Assembly: GCA_021813435.1 (NCBI GenBank)
Contig: JAKAKR010000006.1
Location: 3,268-67,267 of the forward strand
Length of the DNA stretch: 64,000 bases
Direction of reading: 5' to 3'
From: Nanobdellota archaeon
GTDB lineage: Archaea; Nanobdellota; Nanobdellia; Woesearchaeales; UBA9642
Of the stretch, positions 27,152-36,027 are shown one piece after another. A program made the position numbers and the translations under genes. Every line of letters begins with the position of its first letter. Positions within the stretch are counted from its first letter, which is position 1. The notes beneath the pieces are model-generated. The model saw only the letters and a program-made list of their open reading frames with translations, was not told the origin of the DNA and did not search any database.

Positions 27152-28282
27152 ATGAAACTTGAACTCTCATCACTGGACATCTATTATCTTGTCAGGGAAT
27201 TTGCAGTACTTGCCGGTGCAAAAATCGATCGCATCTATGAGTCGGCGGATCGCAGGGAAGAATTCCTTTTCGTATTCCACAAGACAGGCGAGGGAAAAAA
27301 ATTCCTTAAAGTCGTTCTGCCTTCGCTCATCTTTCTTGACGAGGAAAAAGACAGCTACGAGAATCCTACGGGCCTGTGCATGATGCTCAGAAAATACCTT
27401 GAAGGTTCGCGCCTTACGGCAATATCCCAAAAAGATTTTGAGCGCATCATGGTCCTCGAATTCGAATCCAGAGCAGAATCCACGGCAGGGACTTTCTTTG
27501 TCATCATCGAACTTTTCAGCAAGGGAAACCTCATCTTCTGCGACAGCACGTATAAGATACTAAATCTCTACGAGGACCAGCATTGGTCTGATCGCGTATT
27601 GAAAAAAAATGAGACCTACAAATTTCCCCAATCATCTGCAAATCCCCTGCAATTGACGCAGGAACAATTTGCAAAACTCCTTGCAAACTCTGCAAAGGAA
27701 TCCCTCGTCAAATCGCTTGCCATCGAATGTTCCCTCGGAGGGGCATATGCGGAGATCCTCTGCACCTCTGCAGGACTGGACAAGAACTGCAAGACAACGG
27801 CTCTTGATGCGCAAAAGCTCCAAACGCTCTACCATTCTTTCAGCGCGCTCTTCACCCAGGAACCGCAGGCAGTAAAGAGCAATAATCGATTGTTCCCCCT
27901 TGCCCTGAAATCTTTCGCGCCTGCAGAAACCTATCCTTCATTCAGCAATGCCATTGCAGTCAATTACCCGAAATTCAGTGATGATACTGCTGCAAAATCC
28001 AATGCACAAAATATTGCGCGCATAGAGTCCATCATTGCCGAGCAGGAAAAAAAGCTTGCGCAATACGAAGAGGAATTCCGGGAGAATCAGCGCAAGGCAG
28101 AACTCATCTATGAAAAATATCAGGAAGTCTCTGCAATCCTTGAGACCATCAAATCCGCACGGAAAAAATATTCCTGGAAGGAGATCCGGGAAAAGATTGT
28201 CAGCGATCCCCAATTCAGAAACATCATCACAGACATTGATGAGAAAGAACACGCAATTGTCATCGACATCGCGCGATTATAG
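27152..28282 (+). CDS. NFACT-N domain protein (RqcH/NEMF/FbpA-like N-terminal part with coiled coil), lacks NFACT-R/C
   Basis: MKLELSSLDIYYLVREF...IDRIY start typical of the NFACT N-domain. Coiled-coil EQEKKLAQYEEEFRENQRKAELIYEKYQE. Only 376 aa. Confidence 0.65.
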   Translation: MKLELSSLDIYYLVREFAVLAGAKIDRIYESADRREEFLFVFHKTGEGKKFLKVVLPSLIFLDEEKDSYENPTGLCMMLRKYLEGSRLTAISQKDFERIMVLEFESRAESTAGTFFVIIELFSKGNLIFCDSTYKILNLYEDQHWSDRVLKKNETYKFPQSSANPLQLTQEQFAKLLANSAKESLVKSLAIECSLGGAYAEILCTSAGLDKNCKTTALDAQKLQTLYHSFSALFTQEPQAVKSNNRLFPLALKSFAPAETYPSFSNAIAVNYPKFSDDTAAKSNAQNIARIESIIAEQEKKLAQYEEEFRENQRKAELIYEKYQEVSAILETIKSARKKYSWKEIREKIVSDPQFRNIITDIDEKEHAIVIDIARL

Positions 28283-28354
28283 CATGCGATTTTTGTGCTG
28301 ATCCTGCGATGATTTGATGTCCGCGCAGCGACTATGTTTTCTCTTTCTTAGGAT

Positions 28355-29827
28355 TTAGACATCGAGTTCAATGGTATATTCCTTGCGCTTCTGGGGAGAA
28401 AATGACAGGATCCGGGATGTTGCTCCCTGGAATTCGAGCGGAATCATCGTATGTCGCGCAAGTTCATTATTTCTCGTCTTGAAATTGATAAGAAATACTT
28501 TTCCAAAATAATCCTTGTCCTTGAGCACTCCGGGTGCTTTTGTGGCATCGCTGAAATTGAGTCCGGGTTGGGTGAGGAATATCACATTGTCTGCAAGCTT
28601 TGAAATCCCTGATTTGTCATCATCGGCAAGATCAGTGGCGCTCGTCGGGATCTGGTATTTATTGATCTTTTTGACATCAACCCAGTCATCGATCTGGTTA
28701 AGTACTGTGGTGTGCACGCCAAAACTCTTGTTTTGCGTAATATCATGGAAGAGCACTTGCGCAAGCTCCTTGTACACGCTCTCGTCCTTCCGGAATTGTT
28801 CGTGGGTATTAAAATTCTGGATGTTGTCAAAGAATACCATACTCAGCTCAGGATACATGCTCTTTGCTGCAGTAACACTTGCAACAACTGATTTGTAATT
28901 GCGGCTTTCAGTGTCGATGATGATCTTCAACGACTTGACTTCCTCAACAACTTTATGTGTTTTGTCAATGATTTCTTGCGTATATTCTCCTTTACTGTAG
29001 CGGAATAGTTTGCTTTCAAGTCCGCTGCGCATTGCCCAGAGTTTATGTATTAGTGCCTCTGCACCTGCCTCGTAGGAGAAGTAGAGCACTGCCCTGTTCT
29101 GTGTTTCGGGTTTTGCGATCTTATATGCGACATTGAGTGCAAGCGTTGTCTTTCCATGGGTGGATCGTGCGGCAAAGACAGTCATCTCTCCTGGCCTTGC
29201 GCCATGAGTGATTTCATCCAGCTCTTCATACCCCATGGATACGAGCGGCGCACCTTTGCGTTCAACAAGCGCCTCAAAATTCTTCAGGGATTCTGTAGAA
29301 TAATCGTTTATGATGTGCACTCGGGTGAGATTGCTGACATCTATTCGCGATAATTTCTGGATCGTGTCCTGCGCAATGTCATAGGGATCCTCATTTGAGT
29401 ATGCTCTATCCGCTGCGTTCATTGCTGTACTGATAATCTCTCGCCCGGCCCATTTCTCCTTGATGATTGCAAGATGGTACTGTGCATTGGCGCTTGAGGA
29501 GATATCCTCAGTGAGTTTTGCCAGATATACTGCGCCTCCTGCTTCATCTGTTTTTTCTGCTTTTTCCAGTTGGCGATACAGTGTTATGGCATCGATAGGT
29601 ATTCCCTCTGTAAAAAGATGGTACATCTCTTCATATATCGTTCTATGTTTTTTGTCAAAAAATATTTGGCCATCTCCCTCATGGAGGTTGAGTTTTGCAA
29701 ATAATGCATTGTCGAGTAACAAGCTTCCGAGAAGGTATTGCTCTATTTCAGGAGCTGCCGGAGGCATTTTTGCAGCGGATTTTAATTTTTCAATATCGAC
29801 GGGTCCCCTTCTTGATCTGTTAACCAT
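28355..29827 (-). CDS. DnaB-family replicative DNA helicase (bacterial/phage type)
   Basis: N-terminal PPAAPEIEQYLLGSLLLDN (DnaB N-domain). Walker A AARSTHGKTTL. Walker B-like MVFFDNIQNF. 490 aa. Confidence 0.8.
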   Translation of the reverse strand: MVNRSRRGPVDIEKLKSAAKMPPAAPEIEQYLLGSLLLDNALFAKLNLHEGDGQIFFDKKHRTIYEEMYHLFTEGIPIDAITLYRQLEKAEKTDEAGGAVYLAKLTEDISSSANAQYHLAIIKEKWAGREIISTAMNAADRAYSNEDPYDIAQDTIQKLSRIDVSNLTRVHIINDYSTESLKNFEALVERKGAPLVSMGYEELDEITHGARPGEMTVFAARSTHGKTTLALNVAYKIAKPETQNRAVLYFSYEAGAEALIHKLWAMRSGLESKLFRYSKGEYTQEIIDKTHKVVEEVKSLKIIIDTESRNYKSVVASVTAAKSMYPELSMVFFDNIQNFNTHEQFRKDESVYKELAQVLFHDITQNKSFGVHTTVLNQIDDWVDVKKINKYQIPTSATDLADDDKSGISKLADNVIFLTQPGLNFSDATKAPGVLKDKDYFGKVFLINFKTRNNELARHTMIPLEFQGATSRILSFSPQKRKEYTIELDV

Positions 29828-29959
29828 TGGTATTTCCCTTATTTTTACTCTTACCGAGTGGAGAAATATCAGGATATTATAAAGTTTGTGCTGCGTGTAG
29901 CATGGCCCGCACTACTGTCGGTAGTCTGCTTGCATAAATAGTTTTATAAACATCTCTGT

Positions 29960-30859
29960 ATGCCGCTCATCATGTTGAATAATCCCCTCTTGAAGCGTTA
30001 CGCGCAGTTAGGATGCTCCTGCAATGCAGCTGTTGCGCCCAGACACACGCTGCGCGTCAACACACTGAAGATTGATGCAAAAGGGTTAGTGCAGCGGCTC
30101 AGCGCATTGAAAGTGAAACTCGAAAAAATTTCCTATCTTGACCACGGATATTTTTATGATGCAAAATTCTCGCTTGCCTCAACCAGTGAATACCTGCAGG
30201 GATATTTCTACATCCAGGAGGCAGCGTCCCAATTGCCGGTCCATGCGTTGGACGTTCAGCCGGGGCAGACTGTCCTCGATATGGCCGCATGCCCGGGCAG
30301 CAAGACCACGCAGATTGCGCAATACCTTAACAATTCCGGGATGATTGTTGCGCTAGATGTCGATTCACGCAGGCTCTTTTCGCTGCGCAATAACCTTGAA
30401 CGCTGCGGAGTCACGAATACAGTTCTCTACAAGAAGGATGCGCGATTCGCATTTGATCTTGGCATGCAGTTCGACCGGATCCTGCTCGACGCGCCATGCA
30501 GCGGCAATTATGCGATTGAAAAGGATTTCTTCAAGATGAAAAACCTCCCCGGAATCCTTGAACGCGCGCGCATCCAGAAGGAATTATTGAAGGCAGCAGT
30601 GCATGTCTTAAAAAAAGGCGGAGTGCTCGTCTATAGTACCTGCTCGCTTGAGCCTGAAGAGAATGAACTCAATATCAACTGGCTGCTGAAGAAATATCCT
30701 GAAATGCAGCTTGAGGAAACCCGCATTTCCGTCGGAGAACCCGGGCTTACTACGATCTTTTCAGAAAAACTTGACCCATCACTTGCAAAATGCCGAAGAC
30801 TCTGGCCGGAAAAGACCGGCACACAGGGATTTTTTATTGCGAAGCTAAAAAAGAACTAA
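29960..30859 (+). CDS. NOL1/NOP2/Sun-family RNA cytosine-C5 methyltransferase
   Basis: DAPCSGNYAIEKD and YSTCSLEPEENE catalytic Cys motifs. SAM-binding DMAACPGSKT. Confidence 0.85.
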   Translation: MPLIMLNNPLLKRYAQLGCSCNAAVAPRHTLRVNTLKIDAKGLVQRLSALKVKLEKISYLDHGYFYDAKFSLASTSEYLQGYFYIQEAASQLPVHALDVQPGQTVLDMAACPGSKTTQIAQYLNNSGMIVALDVDSRRLFSLRNNLERCGVTNTVLYKKDARFAFDLGMQFDRILLDAPCSGNYAIEKDFFKMKNLPGILERARIQKELLKAAVHVLKKGGVLVYSTCSLEPEENELNINWLLKKYPEMQLEETRISVGEPGLTTIFSEKLDPSLAKCRRLWPEKTGTQGFFIAKLKKN

Positions 30860-30870
30860 AATATACTCCT

Positions 30871-31221
30871 ATGGCCATTTCCCCATCACTAAATCCTGAA
30901 TCATCGCGGCATCCGCATTACGACATCACTGCGGTGATGCGCAGCATGTATCCTCAGGAAATCTTGCGGTGGGAGCAATTGCTGCAGCATGCGCTCGACC
31001 CGGCAATGCATGGCTGTTTTACCTGCCGGTATTATACCCCGCGTGATAACGGCGTAGGATTTATTGATGTCCAGATGGTTGATGGCCATCCCTTGCCCTG
31101 GGACACTGAAGAAGCATGGGTGTGGTGTGATCGATATGCGGAGAGTGATACTGCTCTTCAGATCAATTGTCCGGTTTGGAAGAATTATTCTTTTCGAAAG
31201 ATTGCATTATCCCAACGCTGA
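30871..31221 (+). CDS. Hypothetical protein (about 116 aa)
   Basis: ATG 30871 immediately after the nop2-like stop. The track ORF from 30790 overlaps the upstream gene. Confidence 0.35.
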   Translation: MAISPSLNPESSRHPHYDITAVMRSMYPQEILRWEQLLQHALDPAMHGCFTCRYYTPRDNGVGFIDVQMVDGHPLPWDTEEAWVWCDRYAESDTALQINCPVWKNYSFRKIALSQR

Positions 31222-31231
31222 TTCCTGCCTA

Positions 31232-31864
31232 TTACATCATTGCGCTTATGTTCTTATGTTTTTTTTTATACGCCCTGATTTCCTGCCGGTATTCTTCGAT
31301 CCTGTTGGGTTTGTGGCTGAAATGATCGAGGATTTCGAGGAGTGCAGTATCGGTGTTTGTAAGGCGTCTTTTTATTGCGCGGGGGAGTATTGTTCCATAC
31401 TTATTCATAGGGATATCTTCGTTGAACCATCGTTGCCATCTATGCTGGTCGAGCAATAGTGCATCATCAATCGAGAGTACGACAAATCCGTTTTGTCCCC
31501 GTGAGCGCAGCGCAATCCGTGTTTCCTTATTCTCTCCTACTATCCCGTATTCGCTGATATAAAACAATCCGGTGATGAACACTTTATCGCGGTATTCCTC
31601 TTTGCTCCCCTGGTATTTGGTAAAGAAAATAATGTTGTTGGTCTGGTTTTGGATTAGGCTGCTGACGGCAGACTGGTTGCAGGAATCAAAGACATTATAG
31701 GTTGATGTCTCATAATTCGGCTCAAGTTTCTCCTCATGGATATAATCGCGGATGGGCAGTACTGAATCCGGGCAGGAGATGAAATTGCAGAATTTTCCAT
31801 GCTCATATCGTGGTTGGGGAAATTCCTTCCAGTGAACGTTTTTGACGAGCGTACGTTGAAGCAT
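31232..31864 (-). CDS. Hypothetical protein (210 aa)
   Basis: ORF only. 4-bp gap to the next gene. Confidence 0.45.
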   Translation of the reverse strand: MLQRTLVKNVHWKEFPQPRYEHGKFCNFISCPDSVLPIRDYIHEEKLEPNYETSTYNVFDSCNQSAVSSLIQNQTNNIIFFTKYQGSKEEYRDKVFITGLFYISEYGIVGENKETRIALRSRGQNGFVVLSIDDALLLDQHRWQRWFNEDIPMNKYGTILPRAIKRRLTNTDTALLEILDHFSHKPNRIEEYRQEIRAYKKKHKNISAMM

Positions 31865-31889
31865 ATCCCCAAGAAATGTTCGCCATTAT

Positions 31890-32864
31890 TTAAACCTTGC
31901 TTTTGTATACATCCCACATTGATCTGATGATCTCATCACTATCGGAATGCTGCGGCTTCCATCCGAGCAATTGATGGGCGAGTTTTGCGGACGCGACAAC
32001 TGTTGCAGGATCCCCCGGTCTTCGCGGCGTTATCTCATAAGGAATTTTTTTGCCCGTGATCTCTTCTGTTTTCCTGATGAGTTCAAGGACACTGAGGCCT
32101 TTTTCTGTGGAGAGATTCACGACAAGATCTGTACCGTGCGTCTGGACATATTCCATCGCGCGGTAATGCGCATCGGCAAGGTCAAGGACATGGATGTAAT
32201 CGCGAACACCCGTGCCGTCCGGGGTATCGTAATCATTGCCATAGACTTTGACATCCTTGCGCTTCCCTGCTGCAACTTCCATGATGATGGGGAGAAGATT
32301 GCCGGGATTTTTCTCAACATTGCGCGGACTGCCGTATCCTGCGGCATTGAAATAGCGCAGTGCCGCGTAGCGGATGCCTTTTAATTTGCTGTACCAGAAG
32401 AGCAATCGCTCGATCTCAAGCTTGGTGAAGCCATAATAATTTTCAGGATTCAAAGGATGATTCTCGTCTATAGGAAGATACTCTGGGGATCCGTAGACTG
32501 CAGCGCTTGACGAGAAGATGATGAATGGCGTCTTGTGCTCGACCATCTTTGCAAGGATGTTGATGGTTCCTGAAATATTATTGTGCGAGTATTTTTCAGG
32601 CTTATGCATGGATTCCCCCGCATCCTTGTGCGCAGCAAGATGGATCACGACATCAGGCTTTTGCGCAAATGCCTTTTCCAGGTTATCAATGCGCATGATA
32701 TCGCCGATGATAAGTGTTGCGCGGGGATCAACATTCTCGCGGAATCCAGAACTCAGATTATCAAAGACAGTGACTGCGCAATGCTTATCACAGCATGTAT
32801 TCACGACATGACTGCCGATGTATCCTGCGCCGCCGATGATAAGTACCTGCATACTGTAATCCAT
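31890..32864 (-). CDS. NAD-dependent sugar epimerase (UDP-glucose 4-epimerase-like SDR)
   Basis: GGAGYIGSH Rossmann motif. YxxxK catalytic region. 324 aa. Confidence 0.8.
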   Translation of the reverse strand: MDYSMQVLIIGGAGYIGSHVVNTCCDKHCAVTVFDNLSSGFRENVDPRATLIIGDIMRIDNLEKAFAQKPDVVIHLAAHKDAGESMHKPEKYSHNNISGTINILAKMVEHKTPFIIFSSSAAVYGSPEYLPIDENHPLNPENYYGFTKLEIERLLFWYSKLKGIRYAALRYFNAAGYGSPRNVEKNPGNLLPIIMEVAAGKRKDVKVYGNDYDTPDGTGVRDYIHVLDLADAHYRAMEYVQTHGTDLVVNLSTEKGLSVLELIRKTEEITGKKIPYEITPRRPGDPATVVASAKLAHQLLGWKPQHSDSDEIIRSMWDVYKSKV

Positions 32865-33002
32865 GCATCGGGATTTATATGTTTTTGGATATTTGCCGCA
32901 AATCCTCTAATGTCTGCCGTAAATTCTTCGAAAAACCCTGCGATGCGTTAATGAATCACTGCATCATCACCCCACTGATACATATGTATCGGAGGAATAA
33001 CC

Positions 33003-33245
33003 ATGGGACTTACTGCAAAACGCGAAGAGCACCTGAAGAAAATGCCCATCATTGAGAGCAAGATAACCACAAGCAAGAACGGGCGGTTTTTGATCCATCG
33101 GACCATCATCACCCACATCATGCCGACGGATTATTACCGGGCAGTCCTTGCAAACACCGTCAAGGTGACTGAAGAAGAGCTCTCAGATGAAGAGATCGCG
33201 CAGATCATCAAGGAAGGACGCGAATACCTGAAGGCAGACGAGTAA
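33003..33245 (+). CDS. Hypothetical small protein (80 aa)
   Basis: ORF with Shine-Dalgarno ggagg upstream. Imperfect hairpin downstream. Confidence 0.35.
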   Translation: MGLTAKREEHLKKMPIIESKITTSKNGRFLIHRTIITHIMPTDYYRAVLANTVKVTEEELSDEEIAQIIKEGREYLKADE

Positions 33246-33417
33246 TCGAGGTTATTTTTTTTATGCACGCAATAACAGGGTCTCCTCTTTGGGAGATCTC
33301 TATTATTGAACTCAGAGCAAATACCCGTATATACTACAAGGTAACGCGTCGAATGCCTTTGCTTACTGTTGCAGAAACAAGATTCTTTGATTCGAAAGAA
33401 GACGCATTAACCCAGTT

Positions 33418-33738
33418 TTATGCGTGGATGAATGATTCTTGAAATCGTTTATGGATGAGTTCGACGAGTTCGGGCTGTAAGAATGAATAATAATCAGGGA
33501 TATCAAAACAAATAATCCTTTTTTGAAGATAATCCTGAGGAAACCGTTCTGAGATGATTTTACGCTGCGTATCCTCCATGACCACAATGATATCTGCCCA
33601 TTCAAGATCACTTTTCAAGAGAAGTCGCTCATCATTAAACAATCCTTTTGATCTTGTTTCGAATCGATCTTTGAAGAGCATTTCTGCAGTCCTGCTTCTA
33701 TGAAGTCCCTGATTGCAGACAAATAATATATGCATCAT
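33418..33738 (-). CDS. Low-molecular-weight phosphotyrosine phosphatase / ArsC-like (LMWPc)
   Basis: CX5R P-loop VCNQGLHRSRTAE near the N-terminus. 106 aa. Confidence 0.7.
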   Translation of the reverse strand: MMHILFVCNQGLHRSRTAEMLFKDRFETRSKGLFNDERLLLKSDLEWADIIVVMEDTQRKIISERFPQDYLQKRIICFDIPDYYSFLQPELVELIHKRFQESFIHA

Positions 33739-33957
33739 GCCGTAGAGTGATTGGTATTTATATGTTTTAATATTAAAAGAAAAGGTGGACAGCGAATCAC
33801 AGTTCCCGATCGGAGATCAGTACCATGTGAAACGTGAGGTTGCTTAACTTCCGAGTTCGAAAAGGGATCGGGTGTTACCAACCTGCTATGACCGTCCAAT
33901 CAAAGGGAATAAAATAACCTTTATAAATCTTGCGGTTTCTCCATAACGCGGGGTATC

Positions 33958-34641
33958 ATGGACAAGAACAGCGTTTTTATTGTCATTGCAGCATACAATG
34001 AAGGAAGGAGCATCACGACTGTCCTTCAGGAATTGAAGAAGGCAGGATACCGCAATATTATAGTCGTTGATGACGGCAGCCGCGACAATACTTCTGCAAT
34101 CGCCTTAACTGAGGGAGTGATTGTTCTGCGTCATGTCATCAATCGCGGGCAGGGCGCAGCGCTCAAGACCGGCATTGATTGCGCGCTGCGGGAAGGCGCC
34201 AGATATATCATCACGTTTGATGCAGACGGGCAGCATCGTGTCGAGGATATCCCGGCAATGCTCCGGCCTGTCGTCAATAATGAATGCGCAGTGACGCTCG
34301 GCAGTAGGTTTTTGCGCAAAGTAGAGATGCCATGGTTTCGCCGGTTAACACTCAAAATTGCGATACTTGTGGTCTGGATATTCTATGGCGTAAAGATGAC
34401 TGATGCGCATAATGGATTTCGCGTGATGTCGCGCAGTGCTGCGCAAAAGATTGAGATCACTTCAGACCGCATGGAGCATGCCTCGCAGATCGTCGAGGAG
34501 ATCCATAGGAAAAAAATTTCCTATAAAGAGATTCCAGTCATTATCCGCTACACCGACTACTCGTTGCAGCACGGTCATGGCAGTTTTTGGGGTGGAATCA
34601 AGGTGCTCTGGACCATGATTGTCCGGCGGATACTGCATTAA
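33958..34641 (+). CDS. GT2 glycosyltransferase, dolichyl-phosphate hexose synthase-like (Dpm1/AglD-type)
   Basis: IVIAAYNEG...VVDDGSRDNT...DADGQH motifs. TTTATAAA at 33920-33927 about 30 bp upstream. Confidence 0.8.
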   Translation: MDKNSVFIVIAAYNEGRSITTVLQELKKAGYRNIIVVDDGSRDNTSAIALTEGVIVLRHVINRGQGAALKTGIDCALREGARYIITFDADGQHRVEDIPAMLRPVVNNECAVTLGSRFLRKVEMPWFRRLTLKIAILVVWIFYGVKMTDAHNGFRVMSRSAAQKIEITSDRMEHASQIVEEIHRKKISYKEIPVIIRYTDYSLQHGHGSFWGGIKVLWTMIVRRILH

Positions 34642-34712
34642 TCGTTCTCTTTGGAAACCATTGCTTTCTAAAGAGAACATTTATAAAGTTAAATGGACAT
34701 ATGTCTTAAAAA

Positions 34713-35246
34713 ATGGACAAATATAAAGTTAAATGGACATTTCTTGAGCGTGAAATATTTTCCTTGCTGTGCAAACGTGCGGGAACAACACTGACCCAGC
34801 GAGAGATTGCAAAAATAATCCGCACATCACCAACTGCAGCAGGGACTGCAATCCGCGGGCTTGGATCCTACGTTGTGATAGTACCGGCCAAAACCATGCA
34901 TCTTGTCTCATTCAACGATCAGAACCCTTCTGCACGAATATTCAAACAATTGGAAAACCTTCGCCAACTCTATACTTCAGGACTTGTCGATTACTTAATC
35001 ACCACATATGCTGGCAGTACTATACTTCTCTTCGGGAGTTATAATCGGGGGGAAGACATACTCGAATCGGATATTGATATTGCAATTATCGGAAGAACAC
35101 CCAAACAACTATCTCTTGAAGCATATGAGCAGAAGCTCGAAAGAAAGATTAATATACAATATTATCATTCCTGGAAAGAGATACAATCCCCTCTAAAGAA
35201 TAATATACTAAATGGGACGATCCTTCATGGAAGCGTGAACTTATGA
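34713..35246 (+). CDS. Minimal nucleotidyltransferase (MNT) with N-terminal HTH
   Basis: LFGSYNRGEDILESDIDIAI = GS...D.D nucleotidyltransferase motif. N-terminal TLTQREIAKIIRTSPTAAGTAIRGL HTH. Confidence 0.7.
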   Translation: MDKYKVKWTFLEREIFSLLCKRAGTTLTQREIAKIIRTSPTAAGTAIRGLGSYVVIVPAKTMHLVSFNDQNPSARIFKQLENLRQLYTSGLVDYLITTYAGSTILLFGSYNRGEDILESDIDIAIIGRTPKQLSLEAYEQKLERKINIQYYHSWKEIQSPLKNNILNGTILHGSVNL

Positions 35247-35674
35247 AACCGTTCGAAGCATATCACAAAGAAGGAATCATACGTCAAGGGTCTCGTGACC
35301 CTGAACGCGCAAAGAGCATGATCCGCGAATCTGAGCGAAAACTGCGATCACTAAGGTTTACACGAGAAAAAATAGGGATCACTCTCGATAATGCAAGTGA
35401 TTATGTGGAGCAATGCTATGATCTCATTATGTTTCTTATACGTGCAAGATTGTATCTTCAAGGATACTCTAGTGCAGGCCGGGGATCGCATGAAGCCGAA
35501 GTGGCATACCTCCAAACCCTTCACCTCCCGGAAAAAGACATCCGTTTTATCGATGAACTGCGTTACCTGAGGAATGGGGTATTATATTATGGGGAACCCA
35601 TCGACAGGGAATACGCAGAGAAAGTGATTGCCTTTACAGAAAAAATCGTACCACAACTGAAGGTGAAACCATGA
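35243..35674 (+). CDS. HEPN-like partner of the MNT (motif degenerate: RNGVLYYG in place of Rx4-6H)
   Basis: 143 aa. ATGA overlap with the MNT gene. ELRYLRNGVLYYGEP resembles the HEPN R-N-x3-H-G motif with Tyr at the His position. Confidence 0.5.
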   Translation: MKPFEAYHKEGIIRQGSRDPERAKSMIRESERKLRSLRFTREKIGITLDNASDYVEQCYDLIMFLIRARLYLQGYSSAGRGSHEAEVAYLQTLHLPEKDIRFIDELRYLRNGVLYYGEPIDREYAEKVIAFTEKIVPQLKVKP

Positions 35675-36012
35675 TAACAATTATCCAGGTTGTACTGATA
35701 CTCTTTGCACTCTTTGCATGGAGCCGCGCGATCGTTCGCATGCGCGACAAGAACATCAGCGGCGGCGAGTTTGCGCTCTGGAGCATCATCTGGATTTCAG
35801 TCATTGTGTTCGCGCTCCTCCCCTTTATTCCCGCATGGATCTCAACAATCGTCGGAGTCGAACGTGCAGTAGACCTTGCAGTCTACGTCAGTATCATCGT
35901 ACTCTTCTACCTCGTATTCAGACTCTACGTCTATAATCGAAAACAGAACGAAGAAACCACACGACTCGTACGCGAGATCGCGATACAGAATGCAAGAAAA
36001 AAGAAAAAGTAG
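35671..36012 (+). CDS. DUF2304-like small membrane protein (glycosylation-cluster associated)
   Basis: 113 aa, three TM helices, Lys-rich tail. ATGA overlap with the upstream gene. This family typically accompanies GT2 genes. Confidence 0.5.
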   Translation: MITIIQVVLILFALFAWSRAIVRMRDKNISGGEFALWSIIWISVIVFALLPFIPAWISTIVGVERAVDLAVYVSIIVLFYLVFRLYVYNRKQNEETTRLVREIAIQNARKKKK

Positions 36013-36027
36013 AAACATCAACGTATC

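Noticed and set aside
33363-33611. 82-aa minus-strand ORF overlapping the LMW phosphatase gene
   Set aside because: Overlaps a well-supported CDS (CX5R phosphatase) in another frame.
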